A stretch of DNA of 64,000 nucleotides, from positions 96,001 to 160,000 of the forward strand of contig CBDAOB010000001.1 in assembly GCA_965197905.1 (NCBI GenBank). Reading direction: 5' to 3'. This stretch comes from Candidatus Latescibacterota bacterium. Its GTDB lineage: Bacteria > Latescibacterota > UBA2968 > UBA8231. Positions 51,973 through 61,856 of the stretch are shown here, piece after piece. Numbering within the stretch: position 1 is the stretch's first letter; each line of letters begins with the position of its first letter. The notes under the pieces were generated by a model, which was not told the origin of the DNA, searched no databases, and saw only the letters and a list, made by a program, of their open reading frames with translations. The position numbers were made by a program, and so were the translations under genes.

Positions 51973-52344
51973 ATGGGCGAACAGCCAGATACAGAGGCAC
52001 TTAAGAAGGCCTTTGGGCAAAGACTTCGAGCGCTTCGCAAGAAAGTCGGATTAAGCCAAATGGCGCTTGGAGAGCGTGCGGGGTTGGACTACAACTACTG
52101 CGGACAAGTGGAGAGAGGCGAAAGAAACATCTCACTGGAGGCGATGGGCAAGTTGGCCCAAGGCTTGAACATTGAAACAGTTGAGCTATTCTACTTTTCG
52201 GTTGACCATTCTTCCCTCCTCAACCCTCAGCTTGTGCAGATCTTAACAGACTTGGAGAGCGAGGATGAGGGATTCTTGAATAGAGTGCGAGACGTAATTG
52301 AGGTTCTTTTGCGTTGGAAAAGGAGCGCACCGAACTGGCGGTGA
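51973..52344 (+). CDS. XRE-family HTH regulator (controller-protein-like)
   Basis: FGQRLRALRKKVGLSQ...GQVERGERNISLE; AGGAGG RBS. Confidence 0.88.
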   Translation: MGEQPDTEALKKAFGQRLRALRKKVGLSQMALGERAGLDYNYCGQVERGERNISLEAMGKLAQGLNIETVELFYFSVDHSSLLNPQLVQILTDLESEDEGFLNRVRDVIEVLLRWKRSAPNWR

Positions 52345-52960
52345 AGGTTGGAACAAACCGATGTGGTATTCCAGGCCCCACTTATGCCGCCAGAACAGAA
52401 GTCCCGATACCCCATTGCTCAAAGCCCTTATAAATGCAGCTGCTCTGGTGTCGGGGCGTGGTGGTGTTTTTGTGCGGCATGGCGTTGGTGCATGGCTCCC
52501 TCGCTTGACATCTCCAATGGGTCCGGGCTCGAAGTTATCTTAAGCTATTAATAGTCAATGGGTTAAGTGCAATGGAGGTTAACGATCAGAGAGCCATCGG
52601 ACCGTCTCATCACGCTAACTGCGAAACGAACCCATTTGGCAGAACTTCAATGTTGAGTGCAACCGGATTATCTACAAGGAGTTACGACGAAGAGAGCCGC
52701 TCGGCCTGGCAAGGGAGGTGAGATACACGCTGCGAAAAATCGTAATTATCGCACGGAAGGGCGGTGACAACACAATGAAAACTCAGAACCTACGAATTGC
52801 GCTGGCGACCACTTCGGAGCGTTATGCCAGATGAATCCTACTCAGCGACCATTCCCTATGATCGCGAGGGAATGACCATCCAAAGCGATTGCATGGGGAG
52901 ACAGCGCCGGCAATGCAGGGCAAAACGCTATGGAGGCCAAGCGACGGAGGCGATGCTAAA

Positions 52961-53341
52961 ATGGCCGACCTGCTGGTCATAGATCCGAATCGAATGGTGC
53001 GCAGGGTGCTCGTGAGATCCCTGCAAGAAGGCGGGCACAGCGTTCGAGAAGCCAGTTCCTCAGAGGAGGCCCTGAAAGCAGCTGAACAGGAAAATACGGA
53101 CATAGTTTTCATTGATCCGCACGAGGAAGAGACGAAGATACAATCCCTGACCAAGCTCCTAATTCATTATAAGTTGATAGGAATGATCGTCGTTACCGGG
53201 TTTGGGTTCACCAGCCAAACCGAAGCAAGCGTGCCAAGTCATGGAAGCATTCGTACCGTCCAAAAGCCGTTCAGCTCAGAGGAAATCATGGAACTCGTGG
53301 AAGAGCTGATGCGGCGAACCGGCGAGATGCCCATCCTGTAG
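52961..53341 (+). CDS. divergent single-domain response regulator
   Basis: LLVID, DIVFID, IVVTG, QKPF. Confidence 0.7.
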   Translation: MADLLVIDPNRMVRRVLVRSLQEGGHSVREASSSEEALKAAEQENTDIVFIDPHEEETKIQSLTKLLIHYKLIGMIVVTGFGFTSQTEASVPSHGSIRTVQKPFSSEEIMELVEELMRRTGEMPIL

Positions 53342-54039
53342 CATGAAAGAGAGCGAAAAGAGCCTTCGCTGATGCCTCGTCGCTTGGCGACGGCGCGCAG
53401 GTTCCATCCATTCCACATACGGAGTTTTTGCTTGGCACATGTCGATTTTGTCCGGTAGACGTTCCGCCGTAAGCGCGAGATTCTCTTTCTCCAGGGCCCA
53501 AACGCGAAACTTCCAAGGCAATATCACTTGTTCCCCCGTTCGTGTATTAAGGGAACATGTGCCTTAGGGATGTGTCTGCTAGGTTTGAATCTTTCAAGTT
53601 TTGCTCGTAGGCATGATTCCAGGAGAAACCGCTCTTGGGGTTTCTTTTGATCAGCGTCGATCTTTGAAGAGAAGGCGACCAGCTCTCGTAGCCCCCGGAC
53701 CCCTGCCAAAAGAAGAACAGTGGGCCAGGGCCCTTTTGTCCGACGCAATGCCCTAGCCATTAGCATTACAAGGACTAATCTATTTTACACGAACAATCTT
53801 TCAAATTCGAGACGCTGTCCACGGTGATACCCCTCCACCTGACCCAACAACGGTGCTGGGCTTGTGGAGGTGAGGCTTCGTTGGGCTAGTCCCGTCCTTG
53901 GGTGCAGCTTCCGCGACTACACATCTACGCCCGCCTGACGACGATACCTAGAGCTGAGGTTGGGGCACCAATTTACTCAAGGTTTCGGATGGGCGGTCGA
54001 TTTCTGTAGATGGACGCAATGTCCAATCTTCTTGGGGCT

Positions 54040-54080
54040 CCCTGTCGAGTGCCGCACGGGTATTCGACAGGGATTTTTTT
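54040..54080 (+). terminator. intrinsic terminator-like hairpin (copy 2)
   Basis: ccctgtcgagtgcc-gcacg-ggtattcgacaggg followed by a T7 run. Confidence 0.7.
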
Positions 54081-54495
54081 GGTGGGCGATTACTCGCTGC
54101 CCACCACGATCTTACCTCGTGCGCAGCTCGCGCGGCACGGCGCTTTAACGGTCAGTGACGAATGGAAGGGCGTCGGTTTGTGAATGCCTTCACTTTCCCA
54201 GTTAGCAAGCTCTTTGCCAATGACTATCTTCTTACGTTGAGCCCGCCACACGCAGTGGAGGAAAGTTTGCCGGTCGCAGAGCATGTTCCCAACGAGTGTC
54301 CCAGGTGCGGTAGCAGCAGCCTGGGTTTTCGTGTCATGCCGGAAAAAGGGCACGCGCTCCTGTGGTGCCAGTGTCGATGGCAATGCAACTGGGTGCACAG
54401 TGTCCGATTGTCCCTTCCGGTGCTGGACGATTTGCGAGGGAGGTTTAGCTCCGGGGCGCTCCCTTTCAAACAAGGGAGCTGCGATTAACTGAACA

Positions 54496-54522
54496 TGGCT
54501 CCGGCGGTAGGACTCGAACCTG
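54496..54522 (-). other. tRNA 3' fragment (Asn-like), att-site remnant
   Basis: Reverse complement CAGGTTCGAGTCCTACCGCCGGAGCCA: T-arm, acceptor 3' strand and CCA, with no 5' half. Confidence 0.75.
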
Positions 54523-54826
54523 TCGACAACGAATCTACAAGTGCCGCACAATCCCGCACAAACACAGCACAAACCACGCATTCATTGGACTTCCGCGATT
54601 CCCAAAACTCCGTCCGACAGCAGAACTCCGCACAATCAAAGCACTCTCAGAGCACATTTCCGCAAAAAAAACGTGGGATATGCGTGGGAAAGAATTTGGC
54701 ACTGGAGACGGTCGTCGAGGCATGGGACCTACTGCCACCTGAAGTCCAAACGGAAATACTCAAGCTAGTTGACAAGTGGTTGGGTCAGGAGAAGCGCTGT
54801 GCATCGTGACCTGACATTAGTTCCGT

Positions 54827-55062
54827 CTAAGCCCTCGCGCCCGCTTCCTTCATCCGCTCGATTTCCCCGTGCCCTTTCGTACGTGCCCACGCCAGCGGGG
54901 TCGCCCACGGCAGATCGTCGGCCAGGTTAGTCTTGGTGCCCCTTTCCAGCAATAACTCCACCCGCCTCCTTTCGGCCCCATCTCGCCGCCCAACTGAGCG
55001 GAGTGGAGTGATACTCCTCGTCTTTCGTTGAGGTTCGCACCCGCTTCGACAAAGAGTCTCAT
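54827..55062 (-). pseudogene. ankyrin-repeat protein C-terminal remnant
   Basis: LFVEAGANLN and VELLLERGTKTNLADDLPWATPLAWARTKGHGEI in different frames. Confidence 0.6.
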
Positions 55063-55150
55063 CGTTTTTGGGTGCGGTTTGTAGACGCTAAAATCGGATC
55101 CGTGCTGAATACTGCCAATGGCGAGTCGATGTAGGGTGTATAGCTGTGAA

Positions 55151-55203
55151 TTGGGGCCCAGCTCGGTGGGAATCGAACCTGCAGGCAACTGATTAAAAGT
55201 CCT
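55151..55203 (-). other. degenerate tRNA-Lys(TTT) 3' fragment
   Basis: Reverse complement GACTTTTAATCAGTTGCCTGCAGGTTCGATTCCCACCGAGCT: anticodon loop through T-arm. Confidence 0.55.
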
Positions 55204-55549
55204 ATTCAGGGATTTTCGCAACTTCCAGCCAGAATAGGGGTTACGCTAAACGCCTGAACAAGTGCGGGGGCACGTGGGGGGGGTTATGCAGGGCGGCATA
55301 CGCGCATTGACACTGTTCATCTCGAGCCGTCCTTTGTCGTCATGGACAAGTTACTGCTCTTCATCCTGCCGAGTCTGGCGATTTTGGGCTGCAGCAACGG
55401 TATCGAGGAATATAATCCGGACTGAGATCTTTCAGGGAATCGAAATGGAGGGCGTTTTCCATAAATTTTATTTATGTCACCCCGCTGATCAGCGAGGTAC
55501 TTTCGGGGAGGCTAAAACACTGATGAGAAGCCTTAAACGAACTAGAGAT

Positions 55550-58066
55550 ATGATGCTTAGGACTGCCTGTTTGCTCCTGCTCAGCCTGTCCTTCCCGGTG
55601 CACGCCGAAGAGCCCACGCTGGCTCGGTTGTCCTTCTGGGTGCCGCCGGAGCGGAAGGTCGAGTTCAAGGCGGTGTACGACGAGCAGGTCGTGCCCCTGC
55701 TTAAGCAGCACGGTCTCGTAGAATCTTCCCAGCGCGGGCGGGCGACGGTGGACAGCGTGTTCAGCCGGCTATTCGCCGTAGAAACCCCGGCCGCAATCGC
55801 TGCCCAAGAGCAAGCGCTCGAGGACGATCCGGCGTGGCAGAATGTCTTGAGAAATTTACGGACGACCTTTGAAACCGCCGGAGCAGACGATGCCATGCGC
55901 CATCGTTTCGGGCTCTACACCGCCCCGGCCGGAGCGGTCAAAACCGTGCTGGCCGGTCCGGGATTCCGGCAGGGCTTGTGGCAGAACTTCAGTAGCCAGG
56001 ACGGTCTCCCGACCTATTTCGTAGGTAACATCCTGCAGGATCGGGAGGGCCATCTGTGGTTTGGCATGGGTAGAGTGGGCGTGGCGCGCTATGATGGAAC
56101 CCACTTCACCACCTTTACCTCCAAGGAGGACCTGGCGGGCAATATGGTGGGATCCATGTGGGAGGATCGGGAAGGGAACCTGTGGTTCGGCACGGGGGGA
56201 GGTGGCGTGATGCGCTACGATGGAACCCACTTCACGGCCTTCACGACCGAAGATGGCCTGGCGGACAATAGGGTGTCGTCCATAGGGGAGGATCGGCAAG
56301 GGAACCTGTGGTTTGGCACTTGGGAAGGCGGCGTGAGTCGTTATGACGGGCACAAGTTTGTCACCTTCACTGCCCAAGATGGCCTGGCGGACAATAGGGT
56401 GTCGTCCATAGCGGAGGATCGGCAAGGGAACCTGTGGTTTGGCACTTGGGAAGGCGGCGTGAGTCGTTATGACGGGCACAAGTTTGTCACCTTCACTGCC
56501 CAGGATGGCCTGGCAGATAATAGGGTGTCGTCCATAGCGGAGGATCGGCAAGGGAACCTGTGGTTTGGCACTTGGGAAGGCGGCGTGAGTCGATTTGATG
56601 GAACGCACTTCACGGTCTTCACTACCGAAGATGGCCTGGCGCACAATAGGGTGGGGTCCATTGAGAAGGATCGGGAAGGGAACCTGTGGTTCGGCACTTA
56701 TGAAGGCGCAAGTCGCTATGATGGAACGCAGTTTACCACGTTCACCACCGCGGAGGGCCTAGCTAGTAATCTAGTGGAGGCCCTGTTGGAGGATCGGGCA
56801 GAATATCTCTGGGTCGGGACTCGGCATGGGGGTGTGAGTCGATATGATAAAGCGCAGTTCGCCCATTTTACTGCCCAGGATGGCCTGGCAGTCGGTTATG
56901 TGTCGTCCATTTTGGAGGATCGGCAAGGAACGCTGTGGTTCGGGACTCGGGGCGGCGTGAGTCAATTTGATGGAACGCAGTTTGTCACCTTCACTGCTAA
57001 AGACGGCCTGGCTAATAATGGGGTGCAATCCATGCTGGAGGATCGCCACGGCCATCTGTGGTTTGGTACGTATGGCGGCGGCGCAAGTCGCTATGATGGG
57101 CAGGAGTTTGTCACCTTCACTACCGAAGACGGCCTGGCGGGCAATATAGTATGGTCCATTGAGGAGGATCAACAAGGGAACCTGTGGTTCGGCACTGGGG
57201 AAGGCGCAAGTCGCTATGATGGAAAACACTTCACCACCTTCACCACCGACAATACCGAAGGAGGGCTGGCGGACAACGTAGTGTATCGCATGCTGGAGGA
57301 TCGGCAAGGCACGCTGTGGTTTATCGGCGGCAGTAATGTGAGGGGTGTAAGCAATGTGAGTCGCTACGATGGCACCCACTTCACCCCCATGGATGGTCTG
57401 CCTAGCAAGAGAGCACGGACTCTACTGGAGGACCGGCAAGGTCATCTGTGGTTCGCGACTTGGGATGCCGGCGGCGTGAGTCGCTATGATGGGCAGGAGT
57501 TTGTTACCTTCACTACCCAAGACGGCCTGGTGGAACCGTGGATAGAGACCCTACTAGAGGATCGGCAAGGTCATCTGTGGTTCGGATCTCGCAATGGCGG
57601 CGTGAGTCGCTATGATGGGCAGGTGTTCCAGACCCTGTCCAGGCAAGATGGATTGGTAAATAATACCGTTTACGACATTCACCAGGACCGCCAGGGAGAT
57701 ATCTGGATTGCCACGGGAGGCGGCCTCACCCGCTATCGGTCCCAGCACACCTCGCTCCCGGCCATTCACCTCACCAATGTGATCGCCGATCGCCTGTACG
57801 GATCGGTTCAGGAGATTCGCTTACCTTCGTCGCAGCCATTCCTCATCTTCGAGTTCGAGGGCAGGAGCATGACCACGCGACCGGACGGCATGGTCTATGT
57901 GTACCGATTGCAAGGCTACGAGGACGAGTGGCGCTCGACACGCACAACCCGCGTGGACTACACCGACCTTCCACGGGGAGACTATGTGTTTCAAGTGAAG
58001 GCCGTGGACCGCGATTTAAACTATTCGGAGGTACCAGCAGAGGTGCGGGTGACGATCCATCGTTGA
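55550..58066 (+). CDS. secreted two-component-regulator beta-propeller (Reg_prop + Y_Y_Y) sensor domain without TM or output domain
   Basis: Signal peptide ending VHA; many EDRxGNLWFGT/DGL repeats; YVYRLQGY...YTDLPRGDYVFQVKA; then stop. Confidence 0.88.
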   Translation: MMLRTACLLLLSLSFPVHAEEPTLARLSFWVPPERKVEFKAVYDEQVVPLLKQHGLVESSQRGRATVDSVFSRLFAVETPAAIAAQEQALEDDPAWQNVLRNLRTTFETAGADDAMRHRFGLYTAPAGAVKTVLAGPGFRQGLWQNFSSQDGLPTYFVGNILQDREGHLWFGMGRVGVARYDGTHFTTFTSKEDLAGNMVGSMWEDREGNLWFGTGGGGVMRYDGTHFTAFTTEDGLADNRVSSIGEDRQGNLWFGTWEGGVSRYDGHKFVTFTAQDGLADNRVSSIAEDRQGNLWFGTWEGGVSRYDGHKFVTFTAQDGLADNRVSSIAEDRQGNLWFGTWEGGVSRFDGTHFTVFTTEDGLAHNRVGSIEKDREGNLWFGTYEGASRYDGTQFTTFTTAEGLASNLVEALLEDRAEYLWVGTRHGGVSRYDKAQFAHFTAQDGLAVGYVSSILEDRQGTLWFGTRGGVSQFDGTQFVTFTAKDGLANNGVQSMLEDRHGHLWFGTYGGGASRYDGQEFVTFTTEDGLAGNIVWSIEEDQQGNLWFGTGEGASRYDGKHFTTFTTDNTEGGLADNVVYRMLEDRQGTLWFIGGSNVRGVSNVSRYDGTHFTPMDGLPSKRARTLLEDRQGHLWFATWDAGGVSRYDGQEFVTFTTQDGLVEPWIETLLEDRQGHLWFGSRNGGVSRYDGQVFQTLSRQDGLVNNTVYDIHQDRQGDIWIATGGGLTRYRSQHTSLPAIHLTNVIADRLYGSVQEIRLPSSQPFLIFEFEGRSMTTRPDGMVYVYRLQGYEDEWRSTRTTRVDYTDLPRGDYVFQVKAVDRDLNYSEVPAEVRVTIHR
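56252..56593 (+). repeat. near-identical 126-bp tandem repeat (about 2.7 copies)
   Basis: gatggcctggc recurs at 56252, 56378, 56504 and 56630; the first units are almost identical in DNA. Confidence 0.9.
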
Positions 58067-58708
58067 AGTAATCCTTCAAGAAAGGAGAATTTCACGCTGG
58101 ATGATGACGCCTTGCTTGAACAAGCATTACATGTAATTCCGATACATCGAGAAACACCCGGAACCTGAGAAGACGTATTGATACGGAGGGCTGTTCCTCC
58201 GCAATCTACGAGCATCCCCGGCCTAATTCCGAGACATCACGCCCTCCATATATCCCATCAATTTCGAAAGTAGCCTGTTGGTCTCCTGCTGCTGATGGAT
58301 CATTTCGTCCATCTTCCCTTCCAACGTTCTCAGACGACCGTCCCCGCCGTTCCGTTCGCTGCGGTTCCCCAGGTATCGAATCAACAGTAGCGTTCCCGCA
58401 GCGCCCGATCCAGCTCCTCTTCCTCGAGCCGCCCGTCCTCCAGCGCATTGTCCCAAAATTTAACTGTCCTTCAGTCGGAGTCGTGCAGGGTCGATGCGCC
58501 CGGATTCTTGAAACTAAAGCGCTCTAGTATCTACACAATTCCACGAAGGCCACAGATAAATTGAATTGAAACTGCGATTTACAGAAAATCCCCCTTGCGG
58601 AATTCTGTTGAGACACAGAGACAGAAATATTCCAACAGTTTCGCTTTTCGTTCGTTTTACTAAGAAACGCCACTGAGCGTACAAGACCAAGCACGAAAGG
58701 GGCACATA

Positions 58709-59401
58709 ATGGAATCCGAGCAGACTGATATTACTGATGATACCGGGAAAATCGAGAACACTGGCGTCTTGGACTTTTCAGGCATGAAATCGGACGCAGA
58801 GTTGGAGAAAATCAAGGGTATTAAGAACGTCGGTGTGATTCTCATTCCTGAGTCTCTACAGCACGCTCTTGCTGGAATTTCGATGATGAATGTGGGAGCA
58901 ACCGTCCCAATCCCTGATGGGGCAAACGTCAGCGTTCAGACTGGGATGATCAAGATGACTGGAGAAGCGTTCGCAACCTGCGACGAGGATGCTATTATGG
59001 TTCTCGTAGGGATGGTGTTCGTGACATCGAGAATAGAAACGGTTGCGGCCAAACAGCTTATTGTCTCTGGTCAGATTCTCGCACCGGTTGGGAGTGAGGC
59101 GGCCCTCGGTGCCGGCATCTCCCGTTTGACTGGCCAGGTAATCTACTATTCAGGTGATGTACCCAAACTATTTATCGGTGAAGATTCGTTGGCAAGCGAA
59201 TACTTCGGGCTACTTGAGAACAAGATATCGATGATTATTGTCGGCGAGATGACGCTCGAATCCGACGTAACGACTGAAACGCTAAAGGAAAAAGTCAGCG
59301 GAATCCTTCTCGTAGGAAAGCTCCGTGTGCCCAGGAAACTGTTAGCCACGGTGCAGTACCTTACCACAGAGAAAATGGGCGTTTACGAAGTAACGCACTG
59401 A
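58709..59401 (+). CDS. hypothetical protein with internal beta-rich repeats
   Basis: 230-aa ORF with GAAAGGGG RBS; recurring VGVILIP / SGQILAP / VGKLRVP segments. Confidence 0.7.
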   Translation: MESEQTDITDDTGKIENTGVLDFSGMKSDAELEKIKGIKNVGVILIPESLQHALAGISMMNVGATVPIPDGANVSVQTGMIKMTGEAFATCDEDAIMVLVGMVFVTSRIETVAAKQLIVSGQILAPVGSEAALGAGISRLTGQVIYYSGDVPKLFIGEDSLASEYFGLLENKISMIIVGEMTLESDVTTETLKEKVSGILLVGKLRVPRKLLATVQYLTTEKMGVYEVTH

Positions 59402-59416
59402 TTGGTGATTGTTTGA

Positions 59417-59962
59417 ATGCACGACCATCAGCTTGTCTTTGACAGGATCTATCGCGAACATATTCGTGCTCTTCATTCTTTCCTTATCGGCAAAACGGGA
59501 AATCCTCAAGTCGCTCTGGATCTTCTCCAGGACACGTTTCTTCGCGTCTGGCGCAGTATTCAGAGGACCGCAGATCTAAAGTCAGAGCAATTGGGACCGT
59601 GGGTGTTTTCTATTGCACGAAATCTCCTAATTGACTACTACCGGAATCAAGCCAGGGAATCAGTCAAAGAAAAAGCGATAGGACAACGTGCGCGTGAGAT
59701 GCCCCTACCGGAAAGTGACGCACAAACCGTACTGGCAGCTAAGGAGCAACTTGCCCTGGCAGATGCTGCCATAAGAGACCTTCCGGATGACCAACGAACG
59801 GTCCTTCTTATGACCGTGGTAGGAGAAATGTCGAGCACAAAGATTGCCCAACTTCTAGAAGTTCCCGCCGGTACCGTTCGCTACAAACTATCTTTGGCTC
59901 GAAGGACACTGGTAGAAAAACTTCGATTACATGAGACGATGGAGAATAGTCGACAGGTTTGA
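59417..59962 (+). CDS. ECF sigma-70 factor
   Basis: DLLQDTFLRVW, WVFSIARNLLIDYYR, IAQLLEVPAGTVRYKLSLAR. Confidence 0.92.
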   Translation: MHDHQLVFDRIYREHIRALHSFLIGKTGNPQVALDLLQDTFLRVWRSIQRTADLKSEQLGPWVFSIARNLLIDYYRNQARESVKEKAIGQRAREMPLPESDAQTVLAAKEQLALADAAIRDLPDDQRTVLLMTVVGEMSSTKIAQLLEVPAGTVRYKLSLARRTLVEKLRLHETMENSRQV

Positions 59963-59963
59963 C

Positions 59964-60284
59964 ATGACGAATTCAGCTATCCCACAAAATGCGGCTCAAG
60001 CATTGGATGCGATATTGACAGCGTGGTCGGAAAGTCACCGTCTTTCAGTCGAGCAAATCGAAACCATCCGCGCCTCACTTATCAAAGATTCCGAAGTCAT
60101 GAGTTATGAGTGGTGGTGGACACTGTTCAAAGGCATTGGACTCGTAAATCCTGGCAACACGAGTACCCAAGACAGCATCCGTTCCCTAGCCTCACAGGCC
60201 ATTGCTCGTGCGCTGCCCGTTCCGGCTCATGGATTCGTTGGGCCAGCTGAATTTCAGCTCTATATGCGCCACCAAGTAGCCTGA
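59964..60284 (+). CDS. small protein coupled to the ECF sigma (possible anti-sigma)
   Basis: Starts 1 nt after the sigma stop; no recognised motif. Confidence 0.5.
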   Translation: MTNSAIPQNAAQALDAILTAWSESHRLSVEQIETIRASLIKDSEVMSYEWWWTLFKGIGLVNPGNTSTQDSIRSLASQAIARALPVPAHGFVGPAEFQLYMRHQVA

Positions 60285-60379
60285 CCGGACCGTCGTTTCG
60301 CCTCGCCGAGTCGGGGCAATCTTCTCTCCACCCTCAACCTGGAAAAACCCAGCCTAATGCCGACTCCGCGAGTGTCTAT

Positions 60380-60532
60380 GTTGCTGTTGCCGGCGTTACG
60401 GACCAGCGTATTGAGCTCGGTGTCGGTGGTCTGCCAGCCCTTGAGGCGCCGGGTGGATTCGGCGGCCTCGTGGGCGGTGGCCGTGCCGATAAGCACTTTG
60501 CCGGCTGCGCGGATATTGTCGAGAATTCCCAA
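60380..60532 (-). pseudogene. N-terminal remnant of a lambda-type phage portal protein
   Basis: GILDNIRAA...AHEAAESTRRLKGWQTTDTELN resembles the YEAA..GRR..GW start of lambda-family portals; truncated. Confidence 0.5.
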
Positions 60533-60541
60533 ATTTTGTCC

Positions 60542-60595
60542 AAAAAAAAGACCCCGACCGATGAACAGCGTAGTTGCCGTCCTTCAGCCGGGGTC
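60542..60595 (-). terminator. hairpin plus U8 on the minus strand
   Basis: gaccccggc...gtcggggtc-tttttttt on the reverse complement. Confidence 0.55.
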
Positions 60596-60873
60596 GTACG
60601 AGTTCGATAGGCCGGGATGTTGTGTTTACGTTTTGACACTATTGGATTCTACATGATAGGTCCGTCCGTCCGCCAACAATTGCCATCGTTTTCAAGTAAA
60701 TCGAGCCTGGGCATCCCTGTCAAGAAGAACTAACAACCGGAATTTTGTATTCGCGAATGTGCTTTCGCATGCATAATTTTGTGACTAGCCGTTCGCACGT
60801 TCAATAATGTTCCCGCTGTTAAATTGGGTTTATCGAATCGACATCGAGGCGGGAGTCAGGTACCAATACGCAG

Positions 60874-61719
60874 ATGACCAGCACGCCTTTACCTGCGGAC
60901 ATCGCAGAAGTCGCAGCAGACATCGCGAGGACGCCGCAGTTCCTCTACAAGTACGTTGCAGAGGACGGAAAGCGGTTGGCTTGGCTCACAGCTAACATAT
61001 CGAACTCGACGCTGTACTTCTCGACCCGAGATGAGCTGAACGACCCATTCGAGTTTGGTGGGATCCCTTCTTTCGATGCTACGCCCCAGGAGGTCAGGGC
61101 CTGGTGTGCGCAACATATCAATCCTTCGGGATACGGGCATCAGGACTACACAGAGAGAATCGAGGAGCTTGTGGAGGCAACCAGAGACCCTGATCAAGCA
61201 GCCTACGAGGCTAGAAAATTCCTTCAGGTTCAAGATGAGACGACCGCAATACTGAGTTTGTCGGAGGTGCCAGACAGCCTCGCTATGTGGAGCTACTACG
61301 CCGATGGCCACAGGGGTGTCTCCCTTATCCTCGAAACATCGTTGGAGACGATCGCATCGTTCTCAGAACAGCCCGTGCCTTATCCCGTGCGGGTCTCGTA
61401 CCGAGCCAAGATGCCAGTCTATCAGTTTTTCGCTGTCAGCGAGAGAGAGTTCACCAAAGTTACGATAGGCACGAAAATGCAAGCCATGAAAGAGGAGAGG
61501 GAGTGGCGTCTTGTGCAGCCAATCTCGAACCCAACACTGAAGGGTCTCCGGGCAGTGCCACCGCAGATGATCTGCGGAGTGATCCTTGGCGCCAGAATAA
61601 CGGCCAACGTACGAAGTCGCGTGGTTGGAGCGTGTCGAAGGGCGCAGTTCCCGATCCTTCTGTACGAGGCTATCCTCGGTAGGGATAGATACGGGCTACG
61701 GATCCAAGAGGCTAGTTAG
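60874..61719 (+). CDS. DUF2971 domain protein
   Basis: LYKY, ELNDPFE, LSLSE, MWSYYADGHRGV, VSY, K....EEREWR, VILG. Confidence 0.85.
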   Translation: MTSTPLPADIAEVAADIARTPQFLYKYVAEDGKRLAWLTANISNSTLYFSTRDELNDPFEFGGIPSFDATPQEVRAWCAQHINPSGYGHQDYTERIEELVEATRDPDQAAYEARKFLQVQDETTAILSLSEVPDSLAMWSYYADGHRGVSLILETSLETIASFSEQPVPYPVRVSYRAKMPVYQFFAVSEREFTKVTIGTKMQAMKEEREWRLVQPISNPTLKGLRAVPPQMICGVILGARITANVRSRVVGACRRAQFPILLYEAILGRDRYGLRIQEAS

Positions 61720-61856
61720 CACTACTGTTCCCTGAGAGAGCAGATTGTGAATATGCCCTGGATCAGTGATTCACCGGACTGGATCGCGGTCGCTGAGCCC
61801 GCGGAGATTCCTCCGCCCAGGTGATTATATCAATGTAGTCCCGAGTGAGGCCAATA

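Noticed and set aside
54162..54488. Cys-rich ORF (CPRC...CQC) as a zinc-finger gene
   Set aside because: No clear RBS or recognisable family.
54496..54522. The tRNA fragment as attR of the tRNA-Glu element
   Set aside because: Sequence and orientation do not match the tRNA-Glu 3' end.
56252..57620. Regularly spaced repeats as a possible CRISPR array
   Set aside because: They are in-frame 42-aa propeller blades inside a CDS, with no unique spacers and no cas genes.
58223..58456. Small minus-strand coiled-coil ORF as a phage lysis or hemolysin-like gene
   Set aside because: The N-terminus looks chimeric and there is no supporting context.
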